Positions 11,401-20,979 are shown, numbered from the stretch's first letter. The stretch: 64,000 nucleotides of DNA from an uncultured Candidatus Rokubacteria bacterium (GCA_963708025.1 CAVPSB010000032.1:160001-224000), one strand, 5' to 3'. The notes: generated by a model not told the origin, from the letters alone. A program made the numbers and translations.

Positions 11401-11731
11401 CCTCCGCCACCCGGCGCTCGAAGACCGCCGCGTCCACCTCCACCGCCTCCGCGTTCAGCCCGATCCGCTCCCCCTCGCCCACCAGCGCTCCCGCCGGCAA
11501 CGCCTTCCGCAGCACGAACAGCGCCTGCCGCAGGTTCCCGCGCGCCTGCTCCTCCCCCATCTCGCCCCACAGCAGCGCCGCCAGCTTGTCCCGCGGGTGC
11601 GCCTGGCCGAGCGGCAGCGCCAGATAGGCGAGCAGCGCCTGCGCCTTCCGCGTCGGCAGGCTGAGCGGCGCCCCCGGGCCCTGCCGGGCCTGGAAGCCGC
11701 CGAGGAGGGTGAGCTGGAGAGACGCCGTCAC
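8479..11731 (-). CDS. SARP-type regulator: winged helix + BTAD + AAA/STAND-like ATPase + TPR (one frameshift near 8831)
   Basis: LTLLGGF, RKAQALLAYL, LYRGELL..FEEWL, DPLQEPVHRTLM; Walker A GEAGIGKS; Walker B LLLVLEDLHWAD. The TPR tail continues in another frame (DTASRLASQGLDLARRHGQRGWEAW...KLA*). Confidence 0.88.
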
Positions 11732-11793
11732 CGTGGGCTCCCGGGGTGGCGCTCACTATAGCGCCCCCGGGCCGCCCCCCACCAGAGGGGCGC

Positions 11794-11847
11794 TGACGCA
11801 TTTTTCACGCGGCCCCTGACGGGCGGCTCACGCCCGGGGCGTACACC
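11794..11847 (+). promoter_or_regulatory. SARP-like direct-repeat operator plus -10 element
   Basis: T(G/C)ACG at 11794, 11805, 11817 and 11828 (11/12/11-bp period), then TACACC at 11842 and the ATG at 11854. Confidence 0.55.
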
Positions 11848-11853
11848 GGGCGC

Positions 11854-12048
11854 ATGGGGAGCACCGCCATGACGTTCATCGTGCGGATCGCCCCGGACGA
11901 GGCCGGCCGGCTGACCGGCGTGGTGGAGCGCGTCCGGACGGGCGAGAAGGAGCGGTTTCACCGGCTCGAGGCCGTCGGCGCGATCCTCGCGCGCATGGTC
12001 TCGGGCGAGGCCACCCACCCCGACGACTCGAAGGAGGACCGCCCATGA
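11854..12048 (+). CDS. Small hypothetical protein (64 aa)
   Basis: High-GC3 codon usage; the stop overlaps the SDR start (ATGA) and an AAGGAGG RBS lies in its 3' end. Confidence 0.7.
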   Translation: MGSTAMTFIVRIAPDEAGRLTGVVERVRTGEKERFHRLEAVGAILARMVSGEATHPDDSKEDRP

Positions 12049-12848
12049 CCCTCAACGGCAAGCACGCGCTGGTGACCGGCGGCTCGCGCGGGATCGGCCG
12101 CGGCATCGTCCTGGCGCTCGCCGCGGCGGGCGCGAAGGTCGCCGTCCACTACTACGTCAACGAATCAGCGGCCAGGGAGACGCTCGAGCGCGTCCGCAAG
12201 CACGGCGCCGACGGCGTCCTCGTGCAGGCCGACGTCTCGAAGGCGGAGGACGTGCGCCGCATGGTCGCCGAGGTGCGCAAGGCGTTCGGCACGCTCGACG
12301 TCTTCGTGGCCAACGCCCGGCCGGAGCTCGCGACGTTCTACCAGAAGCCGATGGAGATCACCCTCGAGGCCTGGGACCAGGCGATGGACTCCCAGGGCAA
12401 GGCCTTCCTCGTGGGCGTGCAGCAGGCCGTCCCCCTGATGGGCGCCGGCGGTCGCATCGTGGCGATCACCTACGCGCCGGGCGCCCAGAAGGGCACGTGG
12501 CAGCCCTGGGTCGCGATGGGCGCCGGCAAGGCGGCGATGGAGTCGCTCGTGCGCTACTTCGCCGTCGCGCTCGCGCCGCGCGGGATCACCGTCAACTCCG
12601 TGAGCCCGGGGCTCACCGACGACAGCGTGCTCAACGGGCTGCCCGACCCCGTCGTGCAGACCGCCCGCGCGTGGCACGCCAGCGGCTGGACGCCGATGGG
12701 CCGCATGGGCACGCCCGCCGACATCGGCAACGCCGTGGCGCTGCTCTGCTCGCCCGACGCCGGCTGGATCACGGGCCAGCTCCTCTACGCCGACGGCGGC
12801 GCCTCGCTGGTGGACACCCTGATGCCGCTCGAGATCCAGCGCGGCTGA
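12045..12848 (+). CDS. SDR family oxidoreductase (enoyl-ACP reductase-like)
   Basis: TGGSRGIG, ITVNSVSPG, TPMGRMGTPADIGNAV, WITGQ.LYADGG. Confidence 0.9.
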   Translation: MTLNGKHALVTGGSRGIGRGIVLALAAAGAKVAVHYYVNESAARETLERVRKHGADGVLVQADVSKAEDVRRMVAEVRKAFGTLDVFVANARPELATFYQKPMEITLEAWDQAMDSQGKAFLVGVQQAVPLMGAGGRIVAITYAPGAQKGTWQPWVAMGAGKAAMESLVRYFAVALAPRGITVNSVSPGLTDDSVLNGLPDPVVQTARAWHASGWTPMGRMGTPADIGNAVALLCSPDAGWITGQLLYADGGASLVDTLMPLEIQRG

Positions 12849-12947
12849 GCGCGACGGTCCCAACCCGACCCCGCCTCTGGGTTGACGCCGAGGCGGGGGC
12901 CGACGAGTGCAGTGAACACGACGAGGGTCATGAAGAGAGGTGCAGCC

Positions 12948-14490
12948 ATGAACGCATTCATCATGCTGGTGCTGGCCGTCGCCATGACGGGATGGCTCGG
13001 CGTTCCGGACGGGAACGCGCAGCCCACCCTGTACATCGCCGCATCCGAGGAGCTCCTCGAGCCGTCTTGCCAAAATTGCTACTTCCCCGGGCCAAGCAGC
13101 CTCCACCGCGTCAATCCCCAGACCGGGCGCGCCACGCCCGTCGGCGCCATCGGCTTCGACGCCGTCGGCGGGATGGCCTTCCACCCGCTGACCGGCGTCC
13201 TCTATGCGGTAGGGCAACGGGCGGGCACCGCCGGATTCTTCATGCCCGGAACCCACGTCCTCATCACGATCGATCCGGCAACCGGCGTCGGCACCGAGAT
13301 CGGCCCCTTCACCGGGCCGATGACCTGTCCCGGGTGCGGCGTCGAAGACTTGGCCTTCCGTCCCAACGGTGTCCTCTACGGGATGGTCAACGGCACCCTG
13401 GTCACGGTCAACCTCGAGACCGGCGCAAGCACGTTCATCGCGTTCCCGTGCTGCTTCGATCCCTCGGTTCTCACCAACATCGATTCCCTGACGTTCTCCG
13501 CCGACGGCAGCGTGCTGTTCAGCCGGGTGTTCGAAGCCAACTTCATGACCTTCGACCCGGAGACCGGCGAGATCTTCGACGGATTGCGAGGGATCGGGAT
13601 AGAGAACGCGACCGAGCCGGGGTTCTTTGACATCCCTCATCCCGGCTCGATGCGCTCGACACCGAGCCCGGGACCGGGCTGCTCTGGGGCGTGACCAAGA
13701 GTTCGGAGAACGCGCGCAGGCTCCCCCTACCTGGTGACGATCGAGCCGGCGCTCGATCCCATCCTGGATATTTTCGTGGGGACGCGAGGCCCGGTCCATC
13801 CTGGATGCCTCCGGCTTCAGCGGTCAACTCGGATTTGTGCTGGCACTCGCCTGGTCGCCGGGTGCCGCCAACACGCCCGCCGGGGCCAACCGGGTGGTCC
13901 AGGTCGCGCCGGCGACGTTGACGTTCGAGATGGTCGACCAAGCCGGCACCACGACCGTGACGACGAGCGCCACCGGTCCACCGCTTCCGTCCGGCTTCAG
14001 CCTCGGTACCCCGCCGACCTACTTCGAGATCTCCACGACGGCGGTGTTCTCCGGCTTCGTGGACGTCTGCATCGACTACACCGGGATCGTGTTCGGCGAC
14101 GAGGCCAGCCTCCGGCTCCTGCATTTCGACGGCGTCGCCTTCGCCGACGTGACGACGTCGCTCGACACCACGACCGACGTGATCTGCGGCCGCAGCGCCA
14201 CGCTGTCGCCGTTCGTCGTCGTCGAGCGCGCGCAGAGCGTGGCCGAGATGATCGTCGACCTGATCGAGTCGGTGGCGCGGCTCACGCTGGCGCCGTCACA
14301 GGAGCAACGCCTGGTGGCGGCGCTCGAGACGGCGCTGCTCCAGCCCCGGAACACACGACTGGTCTGCGCGAGCCTCCAGGGCTTCATCCGGCTCGTGCAG
14401 ATCGGCGCCGCCCTGGGTCGCCTGCCGGCACCGAGGGCGGCTCAGCTGATCGAGGACGCGAGGGCCATCCGCGCCGCGCTGAGCTGCTGA
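12948..14490 (+). CDS. Secreted beta-propeller-like protein with a C-terminal beta-sandwich and helical tail (about 3 frameshifts, 13640-13800)
   Basis: Signal peptide; repeated LAF.P..G.LY / IDP.TG..T.IG blades. Frames 12882-13694, 13691-, 13734- and 13837-14490 stitch into one coherent protein. Confidence 0.6.
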
Positions 14491-14498
14491 CCCGCGGC

Positions 14499-14603
14499 CT
14501 ACCGCCGCGGGCGTCGTGCCGTCCGGCGCCCGCGGCGGGCCGCCCCCCGGCGCCTGGCCACCGCGATCGCCTCGATCTCGATCAGCATCCCGGGGATCGC
14601 AAA
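14499..14603 (-). pseudogene. Second RidA family C-terminal remnant
   Basis: Reads FAIPGMLIEIEAIAVARRRGAARRGRRTARRPRR*, beginning 1 nt after the ntrC stop. Confidence 0.65.
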
Positions 14604-14604
14604 T

Positions 14605-16050
14605 TCAGTCCTCGCCGTCGGGCTTCAGGCCCAGGGCGCGGAGCTTCTTGCGGAGCGTGTTCCGGTTGATCCCGAGGAGGGCGGCGGCGCGGAGCTGGTT
14701 GCCTCCGGTCTCCCGGAGCACCGCCCGGAAGAGCGGGCGCTCGACCAGGCCGAGCACCAGCTCGTAGAGGTTCGCCGACTCCCGGGCCCCGAGCCCGCGC
14801 ACGCACTCCTCGAGCTTGTCCTGGATGAGCTGCTCGAGGGTGCCCTCCCGGATCCAGGGGCCGCCCGGTCCGGGGGCGATCGGCAAGTGCTCGGGGAGGA
14901 TCACGCCGGCGCCGGCCATCACCATCGCGTGCTGGACCACGTTCTCCAGCTCCCGGACGTTGCCGGGCCAGGCGTAGCCGGTCAGGCGGTCGAGGGCCTC
15001 GGCCGCCAGCGCCCGCTCGCCCAGCTCCCCGGCGTACTTCACCAGGAAATGGTCCACCAGGAACGGGATGTCCTCGCGCCGCTCCCGGAGCGGGGGGAGG
15101 GTCACGCTCACGACGTTGAGGCGATAGAAGAGGTCCTCGCGAAAGCGGCCTTCCCGGATGAGGGTCTCCAGGTCCCGGTTCGTGGCGGCCACCACCCGGA
15201 CGTCGACCCGGATCGGCTCGCCGCCCCCGATCCGCTCCAGCTCGCGCTCCTGGAGCACGCGAAGGAGCTTCGGCTGGAGCTCGGGTCCCATGTCGCCGAC
15301 CTCGTCGAGATAGAGGGTGCCGCCGTGGGCCAGCTCGAAGCGGCCGAGGCGCCGCTGATGGGCGTCGGTGAACGCCCCGCGCTCGTGGCCGAACAGCTCG
15401 GCCTCCAGCAGGGTGGGCGGGATCGCGGCGCAGGAGACCGCGACGAACGGCTTGCCCGCGCGGCGGCTGTAGTGGTGGATGGCCCGCGCCACCACTTCCT
15501 TGCCCGTCCCGGACTCCCCCTGGAGCAGCACGGTGACGTCGGTCGCCGCGATGCGCCCGATGGTCTTGTAGACCTCCTGCATGCGGGGCGACTTGCCGAC
15601 CAGCGCGCCGAACTCCCACACCTCCTGGATGCCCGTGCGCAGCTCGACCACCTCGCGGGCCAGCGCCTTGGCGGACAGCGCCCGCTCGACCAGCAGCAGG
15701 ACCTCGTCGTTGTCGAACGGCTTGGCCAGGTAGTCGTACGCGCCTCGCTGCATCGCCTCGACGGCCGCCCGCACGCTCCCGTGGGCGGTCATCACGACGA
15801 CCGCGGTCTCCGGGCTGTCGGCGCGAAGGCGCCCGAGCACCTCGAGGCCGTCGAGCCCCGGCATCCGGATGTCCAGGAAGGCGAGGTCGTACCGCTCCGC
15901 CGCTGCGGCGGCCAGCGCCGCCGGGCCGTCTTCCACGACGGTGACGGCGTGCCCGGCCTGGCGCAGCAGCCGCTCCAGGAGCCACCGGAGCGCCGGCTCG
16001 TCGTCGGCCACCAGGATCCGGGCGCCGGTCGGGGTCGCCGGCTCGCTCAC
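14605..16050 (-). CDS. ntrC: sigma54-dependent response regulator, NtrC-like
   Basis: REC domain (ADDE, DIRMP), GESGTGKE, ELFGHERGAFTDA, Fis-type HTH GNQLRAAALLGINRNTLRKK. GTG start overlaps the kinase stop. Confidence 0.82.
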   Translation of the reverse strand: MSEPATPTGARILVADDEPALRWLLERLLRQAGHAVTVVEDGPAALAAAAAERYDLAFLDIRMPGLDGLEVLGRLRADSPETAVVVMTAHGSVRAAVEAMQRGAYDYLAKPFDNDEVLLLVERALSAKALAREVVELRTGIQEVWEFGALVGKSPRMQEVYKTIGRIAATDVTVLLQGESGTGKEVVARAIHHYSRRAGKPFVAVSCAAIPPTLLEAELFGHERGAFTDAHQRRLGRFELAHGGTLYLDEVGDMGPELQPKLLRVLQERELERIGGGEPIRVDVRVVAATNRDLETLIREGRFREDLFYRLNVVSVTLPPLRERREDIPFLVDHFLVKYAGELGERALAAEALDRLTGYAWPGNVRELENVVQHAMVMAGAGVILPEHLPIAPGPGGPWIREGTLEQLIQDKLEECVRGLGARESANLYELVLGLVERPLFRAVLRETGGNQLRAAALLGINRNTLRKKLRALGLKPDGED

Positions 16051-17159
16051 GACGGACCCGGGCGCTCCGGCCCCGCGATCGGCAAGTAGCAGGCGAAGCT
16101 CGTGCCCTTGCCCGGCGTGCTCGTCACCCGGAGGGCGCCCCGGTGCTCCTCGACGATCCGGTGGGCGACGGCCAGGCCGAGGCCGAGGCCGCGCGGCTTG
16201 GTGGTGACGAAGGGGTCGAAGATGCGATCGCCCAGCGCTTCGGCGATTCCCTCGCCCTCGTCGGCCACCAGGACCTCGACCAGCGGCCGCGGCCCCGCGC
16301 CGAGGTCCACGCGCCCGTAGACCGGATCGAGCGACATCCGGGTCGTCAGCGTCAGCCGGCCGCCGCCCGGCATCGCCTCGATCCCGTTCTGCACGAGGTT
16401 CTGGAAGACCTGCATGAGCCGGTCCTCGTCCGCCCACAGCGGCGGCAGGCTCGGATCGTAGCGCCGGACGAGCTGAACCCCGTGGGCGACCGCCGCCGGC
16501 TCGGCGAGGAGGCAGACGCGCTCGAGGAGCTGGTGGAGGTTCACCGCCGCGAAGACGAAGCGCATCGGCCGGCCGAGGTCGAGAAGCGCTTCCATGACGC
16601 GGTTGACCCGGTCGATCTCGCCGAGCATGACGGTGAGGTGCTCGCGGTACGGGCCCTCGCCCAGCTCGGTGCCGAGGAGCTGCGCGACCCCGCGGATCGC
16701 GCCGAGCGGATTCCGGATCTCGTGGGCCAGCGCGAGCGCCATCTGGCCCAGGGCGGCCAGCCGCTCGCCCCGCCGCACCTCCGCCTCCAGCGCCTTGAGC
16801 CGCGAGAGGTCGCGGAGCACGGCCACCGCCCCCTGGAGACGCCCGGCGGCGTCGTGGATGGGCGCGGTCTGGAGGCTCACCGGCACCGTCCGCCCGCCCG
16901 CCAGGTCGACCTCGGACTCGGCCTCGGCCCGGCCCTCGGCGAGGCGCACCGTCTCCGCCAGGTGGCGGACCAGCCGGGCCTCGGGGGGCAGGATATCGGC
17001 GAGGGCGCGGCCGAGGGCCCGGGTGGCGGCTCGCCCGACCAGGACCTCGGCGGCGGCGTTCCAGAGGAAGACGGTCAGATCGGCGCGGACGCCGACCACG
17101 GCGTCCGGGAGACCGGCCAGCAATCCGCCGTAGTCCGGCGTGGGAGTCGTCGCGGCCAT
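16047..17159 (-). CDS. ntrB: PAS-domain histidine kinase, NtrB-like
   Basis: LAHEIRNPLGAIRG.AQLL, R.YDPSLP, FDPFVTTK..GLGLGL. Confidence 0.82.
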   Translation of the reverse strand: MAATTPTPDYGGLLAGLPDAVVGVRADLTVFLWNAAAEVLVGRAATRALGRALADILPPEARLVRHLAETVRLAEGRAEAESEVDLAGGRTVPVSLQTAPIHDAAGRLQGAVAVLRDLSRLKALEAEVRRGERLAALGQMALALAHEIRNPLGAIRGVAQLLGTELGEGPYREHLTVMLGEIDRVNRVMEALLDLGRPMRFVFAAVNLHQLLERVCLLAEPAAVAHGVQLVRRYDPSLPPLWADEDRLMQVFQNLVQNGIEAMPGGGRLTLTTRMSLDPVYGRVDLGAGPRPLVEVLVADEGEGIAEALGDRIFDPFVTTKPRGLGLGLAVAHRIVEEHRGALRVTSTPGKGTSFACYLPIAGPERPGPS

Positions 17160-17167
17160 GTCAGTCT

Positions 17168-17247
17168 GGGGTCAGGCCTTTCATTCTTGTCAATCTGGGG
17201 CGCCGATGGGGCCGCGCTGGATTGTCAAGAATGAAGGGCCTGACCCC
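17168..17247. repeat. 28-bp inverted repeat (REP/REPIN-like)
   Basis: GGGGTCAGGCCTTTCATTCTTGTCAATC ... GATTGTCAAGAATGAAGGGCCTGACCCC, 2 mismatches, 24-bp spacer; abuts the tsaD stop. Confidence 0.75.
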
Positions 17248-18246
17248 TCAAGCCAAGGGGAGGGTCGCCCGGGCGTTCAGCGTGAGGTCGGCCCGCTCGC
17301 CTCGCGCCAGGCGGGCCTGGCCGGCGGCCGCGATCATGGCGGCGTTGTCCGTGCAGAAGCGGAGCGACGGAGCGCTCCACGCGTAGCCACGCTCGGCACA
17401 CTTCACCTCGAGCGCGTCCCGCAGGGCGCGGTTGGCCGCCACTCCACCGGTCAGCAGGATCCGACGGATGCCCAGCCGGCTGGCCGCGCGGATGGTCCGC
17501 CGCACGAGCATCTTGACGACCGTCGCCTGGAACGACGCGCACACGTCGGCGGTCCCGGCTGCCGTGAGCGGCGCCTGGCGGCGGACGAAGAGGCTCACGG
17601 CCGTCTTGAGCCCGGAAAAGGAAAAGTCCGGCGCGCCGTCCCGGATGTCGGCCACCGGGAACGGGATTGCCCGGGGATCGCCGTCGCGCGCCGTGCGCTC
17701 GATGATCGGGCCCCCCGGATAGCCGAGGCCGAGGAGCTTGGCGACCTTGTCGAACGCCTCGCCGGCGGCGTCGTCCCGCGTCTGACCGACCAGACGATAG
17801 ACGAGGGGCTCGGGACAGGCGTAGAGCGCGGTGTGGCCACCGGAGACGATGAGGGCCAGGAAGGGGTACGTCGGCGGCGGTGCCTCCAGGAAGCCGGCGA
17901 AGACGTGGCCTTCGAGGTGGTTCACGCCCACCAGCGGAAGGCCGTGCGTGTAGGCGAAGCCCTTCGCGACGGACAGGCCGACCAGCAGCGAGCCGACGAG
18001 CCCGGGCCCGCAGGTGACCGCGATGCCGTCCACCTCGGGCAGCCCGACCCCGGCGTCCTTCAGCGCGTTCTCGACGACCGGCAGCACGACTTCGAGGTGC
18101 CGGCGCGAGGCCAGCTCGGGCACCACCCCCCCGTAGCCGCGGTGGATGGCATCCTGCGACAGCACGATGCTCGACAGGAGCGTCGTGCCCTCGAGCACCG
18201 CCGCGGCGGTCTCGTCACAGGAGGTCTCGATCCCCAGCACTCGCAT
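17248..18246 (-). CDS. tsaD: tRNA t6A37 threonylcarbamoyltransferase
   Basis: LGIETSCDET, GGVVPELASRRH, VNHLEGH, DDAAGEAFDK, CTDNAAMIA. Confidence 0.97.
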   Translation of the reverse strand: MRVLGIETSCDETAAAVLEGTTLLSSIVLSQDAIHRGYGGVVPELASRRHLEVVLPVVENALKDAGVGLPEVDGIAVTCGPGLVGSLLVGLSVAKGFAYTHGLPLVGVNHLEGHVFAGFLEAPPPTYPFLALIVSGGHTALYACPEPLVYRLVGQTRDDAAGEAFDKVAKLLGLGYPGGPIIERTARDGDPRAIPFPVADIRDGAPDFSFSGLKTAVSLFVRRQAPLTAAGTADVCASFQATVVKMLVRRTIRAASRLGIRRILLTGGVAANRALRDALEVKCAERGYAWSAPSLRFCTDNAAMIAAAGQARLARGERADLTLNARATLPLA

Positions 18247-18253
18247 GATGTTT

Positions 18254-18354
18254 GTTCGGGACCTCCCGCCTACCCCCCCAACCCCCCTCCCCCATCTGTG
18301 GACGGCCTTCGGCCTTTGGCGGGGGGGAGCCGGATGGACCCATGGACCTTCACT
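18254..18354. repeat. Palindromic intergenic repeat family A, copy 1
   Basis: GTTCGGGACCTCCC...C-tracts...G-tracts...GGA(T/G)GACCC...CCTTCAC; related copies at 23074, 37681, 39957 and 52277. Confidence 0.8.
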
Positions 18355-19260
18355 CTAACGCGACTCGAGCTTCACCAGCTCCGACACCCTCACCAGTGTG
18401 ATCCCCCGGGCCTCCCACCGCGGCAGCGCCTCCCCCAGGAGCTTCAGGGTGAGAGGGCGCCCGTGGGCGATGACGATGACCGAATCGCGGCGCGACGCCC
18501 AGCGCTCCACCTCGAGGAGCTGCGCGCGGGCGGTCGCCTCGCTCTCGTCGGGATCGATGAAGATCTGCCGGCGACCGGCCGGGATGCCCAGGGCCCGGGC
18601 CACATCGTACCCGACACTGCGGTGACTCGTCAGGCTGTCGACGAAGAGGAGGCGCTGGAAGAACACCGGCTCCAGCAGTGCGCGCATTCGCGAGCGGTCC
18701 TCGGTGAACCGCGAGCCCATCCCGGTCACGACCCCGGTCGCGCCCGGGATCGCCGCCAGCTGCCGGCGGGTCCGCCGGGTCACCTCGTCGGGCGGCATGG
18801 AGATCAGGAGGGCGCCGGGGCCGGGATCGACCTCCGGGAAGCGATACGGCTCGAGCGGGAGCTGGAGGAGGACCTCGAGGCCCGCCCGCGCGGCCTCCCG
18901 GGCCAGCCGCGGCGAGAGCGGCAACTCGGGGAGGACGGCGACGGTGACTGGGCGGCCCAGCGCGACCACCAGGTCGAACACGTCGGCCCGGGCCCCCAGC
19001 TGATCAACGATCACCGCGACCCGGGCGGGACGCGCGGCGGCGACACTCTCCGGCCCAGTCCGGCGCGCCGTGGCCGGGCCCTTCGGCGCGGGGCGAACGG
19101 CCGGGGCGGGCGGCGTCGTGCGGGACCACGGCCAGGCCAGGATCGAGCGCTCTCCCCGGCGCGCCTGGTACCGGTCGAGCACGACGACGCCGGCGGCCAG
19201 CGCAACGACGAGAATGCCGGCGGCGATTCCCAGCAGGCGCCGGCTCATCCTCGACGGCAT
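18355..19260 (-). CDS. Divergent polysaccharide deacetylase family protein (YibQ-like)
   Basis: VAVIVDQLG, VTVAVLP, EVLLQLPLEP, MGSRFT, FVDS.T, IAH; typical position after envC-ctpA. Confidence 0.85.
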   Translation of the reverse strand: MPSRMSRRLLGIAAGILVVALAAGVVVLDRYQARRGERSILAWPWSRTTPPAPAVRPAPKGPATARRTGPESVAAARPARVAVIVDQLGARADVFDLVVALGRPVTVAVLPELPLSPRLAREAARAGLEVLLQLPLEPYRFPEVDPGPGALLISMPPDEVTRRTRRQLAAIPGATGVVTGMGSRFTEDRSRMRALLEPVFFQRLLFVDSLTSHRSVGYDVARALGIPAGRRQIFIDPDESEATARAQLLEVERWASRRDSVIVIAHGRPLTLKLLGEALPRWEARGITLVRVSELVKLESR

Positions 19261-19482
19261 CGCCTTCCCTCTCCGGGCCGCCGCCCGGCTCGCGCCCCAC
19301 CAGGAGCGACCACCGGCTCATCGGCGATAGCCCTGCGGCGAGGAGGCCAGCGCCTGGTTGACGTCGGTGGTGTGGCGTCCAGGGTGACATGAGCCATGCA
19401 GAGCGTCCGAGCGACGGGGACATCGGGGGGGCCCCGGAAGCCCCCCGACCGATCTAGACTCCCTGAAGCTTCACCGTCGTCG

Positions 19483-19644
19483 CAGATGAGTCACGTTCTC
19501 GGGCAGGGCCGAGGAGCGAGCAGCGCTAGGACGCAGGGAGGCGCCGACCGGAGGCGTACTCCGAGTACGCCGAGGATCGGCGCAACCCCGAGGCCGAAGG
19601 CCGTCCGAACGACGACGCGATGCGAAGCTCATCGGCCCTGCCCG
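19483..19644. repeat. Structured intergenic repeat family B, copy 1
   Basis: Outer stem GGGCAGGGCCGAGGAGC/GCTCATCGGCCCTGCCC; inner GGCGTACT-CCG-AGTACGCC. Related copies at 41290 and 56958. Confidence 0.8.
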
Positions 19645-20889
19645 CTAGCTCGCCTTGGCGGTCGGCTTGCCCTTGTCCAGGATGCGCGACGCCTTCAGGA
19701 TGTCGAGCGCCCGCTGGAGCTGGACGTCCTTCTTCTGCAGCTCGGCCTCCGACAAGGGCGTGGCCCCGGGCTTGGGCGGGTCTTCCTTCGGCAGGTCGAT
19801 CACGATGTCCGGGCTGATCCCCTTGCCGTGAATCGACCGCCCCTTCGGCGTGAAGTACTTGGCGGTGGTCAGGCGCAGGCCCGAGCCGTCGGCGAGCGGG
19901 ATGATCGTCTGGACCGATCCCTTGCCGAACGTCTGGGTGCCGAGGACGACGCCCCGGCCGTGGTCCTGGATGGCCCCGGCCACGATCTCGGACGCCGACG
20001 CCGAGCCCTGGTTGACCAGCACGACCAGCGGCACGTCGGTGACCGGGCGCTTGGCGTGGGCGACGAACCGCATGTTCTGATTCCGCACCCGGCCCTCGGT
20101 GTAGACGACGAGCTTGCCGTCCCCCAGGAACTCCTCGGAGACCTCCACCGCGGAGGACAGGAGGCCGCCCGGGTTGTTCCGGAGGTCGACGATGAGCCCG
20201 GCGAATCGGCCGGTCTTCTCGAACTTCTCGATCCCGGCCACGAGGTCCTTGGCGGTGCGCTCCTGGAACTGCCGGAGCCGGATGTAGCCGAGCCCCGGCT
20301 CGATCTCCTGCATCTTCACGCTCTGGACCTGGATGATCTCCCGCACGATGGAGAGCTCGATGGGCTCCTTGGTGCCATCCCGCTGGATCGTGATGGCCAC
20401 CTTGGTGCCCTTGGGGCCGCGCATCTTCTTCACGGCGTCCACCAGCGTCATGTCCTTGGTGGGCAGGCCCTCGATCTTGACGATCCGGTCGCCCGGCTGG
20501 ACCCCGGCCTTGTAGGCCGGCGTGCCCTCGATCGGCGCCACCACCGTCAGCTGATCGTCCCGGACCGTGATCTCGATGCCGAGCCCGCCGAAGCTCCCCG
20601 AGGTCTCCACCTGCATCTCACGGTAGCTCTCGGGATCCAGGAACGAGGAGTGCGGGTCGAGGGACTTCAGCATCCCGCGGATGGCGCCGTAGATGACCTC
20701 GCGGGGCTCGGTCTCGTCGACGTACTGATTCTGGATGATGGCGAGGACGTCCGTGAACAGCTTCAGGTGCTCGTAGGTGGTCGCCGGGTCGACGGCCTTC
20801 GAGGCCGACGTGCCCCCGAGCGAGAGCGTGAGCACCGCCAGGACTGCGGCCGCGAGAAACGCCTTGGTGACCGGTTTACCGGCGCGCAT
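19645..20889 (-). CDS. ctpA: S41 family carboxyl-terminal processing protease
   Basis: LDPHS, FGGLGIE (PDZ), DLRNNPGG, SASASEIVAGA, TFGKGSVQ. Start placed at MRAGKP. Confidence 0.93.
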   Translation of the reverse strand: MRAGKPVTKAFLAAAVLAVLTLSLGGTSASKAVDPATTYEHLKLFTDVLAIIQNQYVDETEPREVIYGAIRGMLKSLDPHSSFLDPESYREMQVETSGSFGGLGIEITVRDDQLTVVAPIEGTPAYKAGVQPGDRIVKIEGLPTKDMTLVDAVKKMRGPKGTKVAITIQRDGTKEPIELSIVREIIQVQSVKMQEIEPGLGYIRLRQFQERTAKDLVAGIEKFEKTGRFAGLIVDLRNNPGGLLSSAVEVSEEFLGDGKLVVYTEGRVRNQNMRFVAHAKRPVTDVPLVVLVNQGSASASEIVAGAIQDHGRGVVLGTQTFGKGSVQTIIPLADGSGLRLTTAKYFTPKGRSIHGKGISPDIVIDLPKEDPPKPGATPLSEAELQKKDVQLQRALDILKASRILDKGKPTAKAS

Positions 20890-20979
20890 CAACGAACCCT
20901 CCTTCGGACGCTGACGGACGTTGGGCGCGCGCTCCGCGTGCGCCACCTGCCACACCGACCTCGGGCCCCGCCGGCCGAC

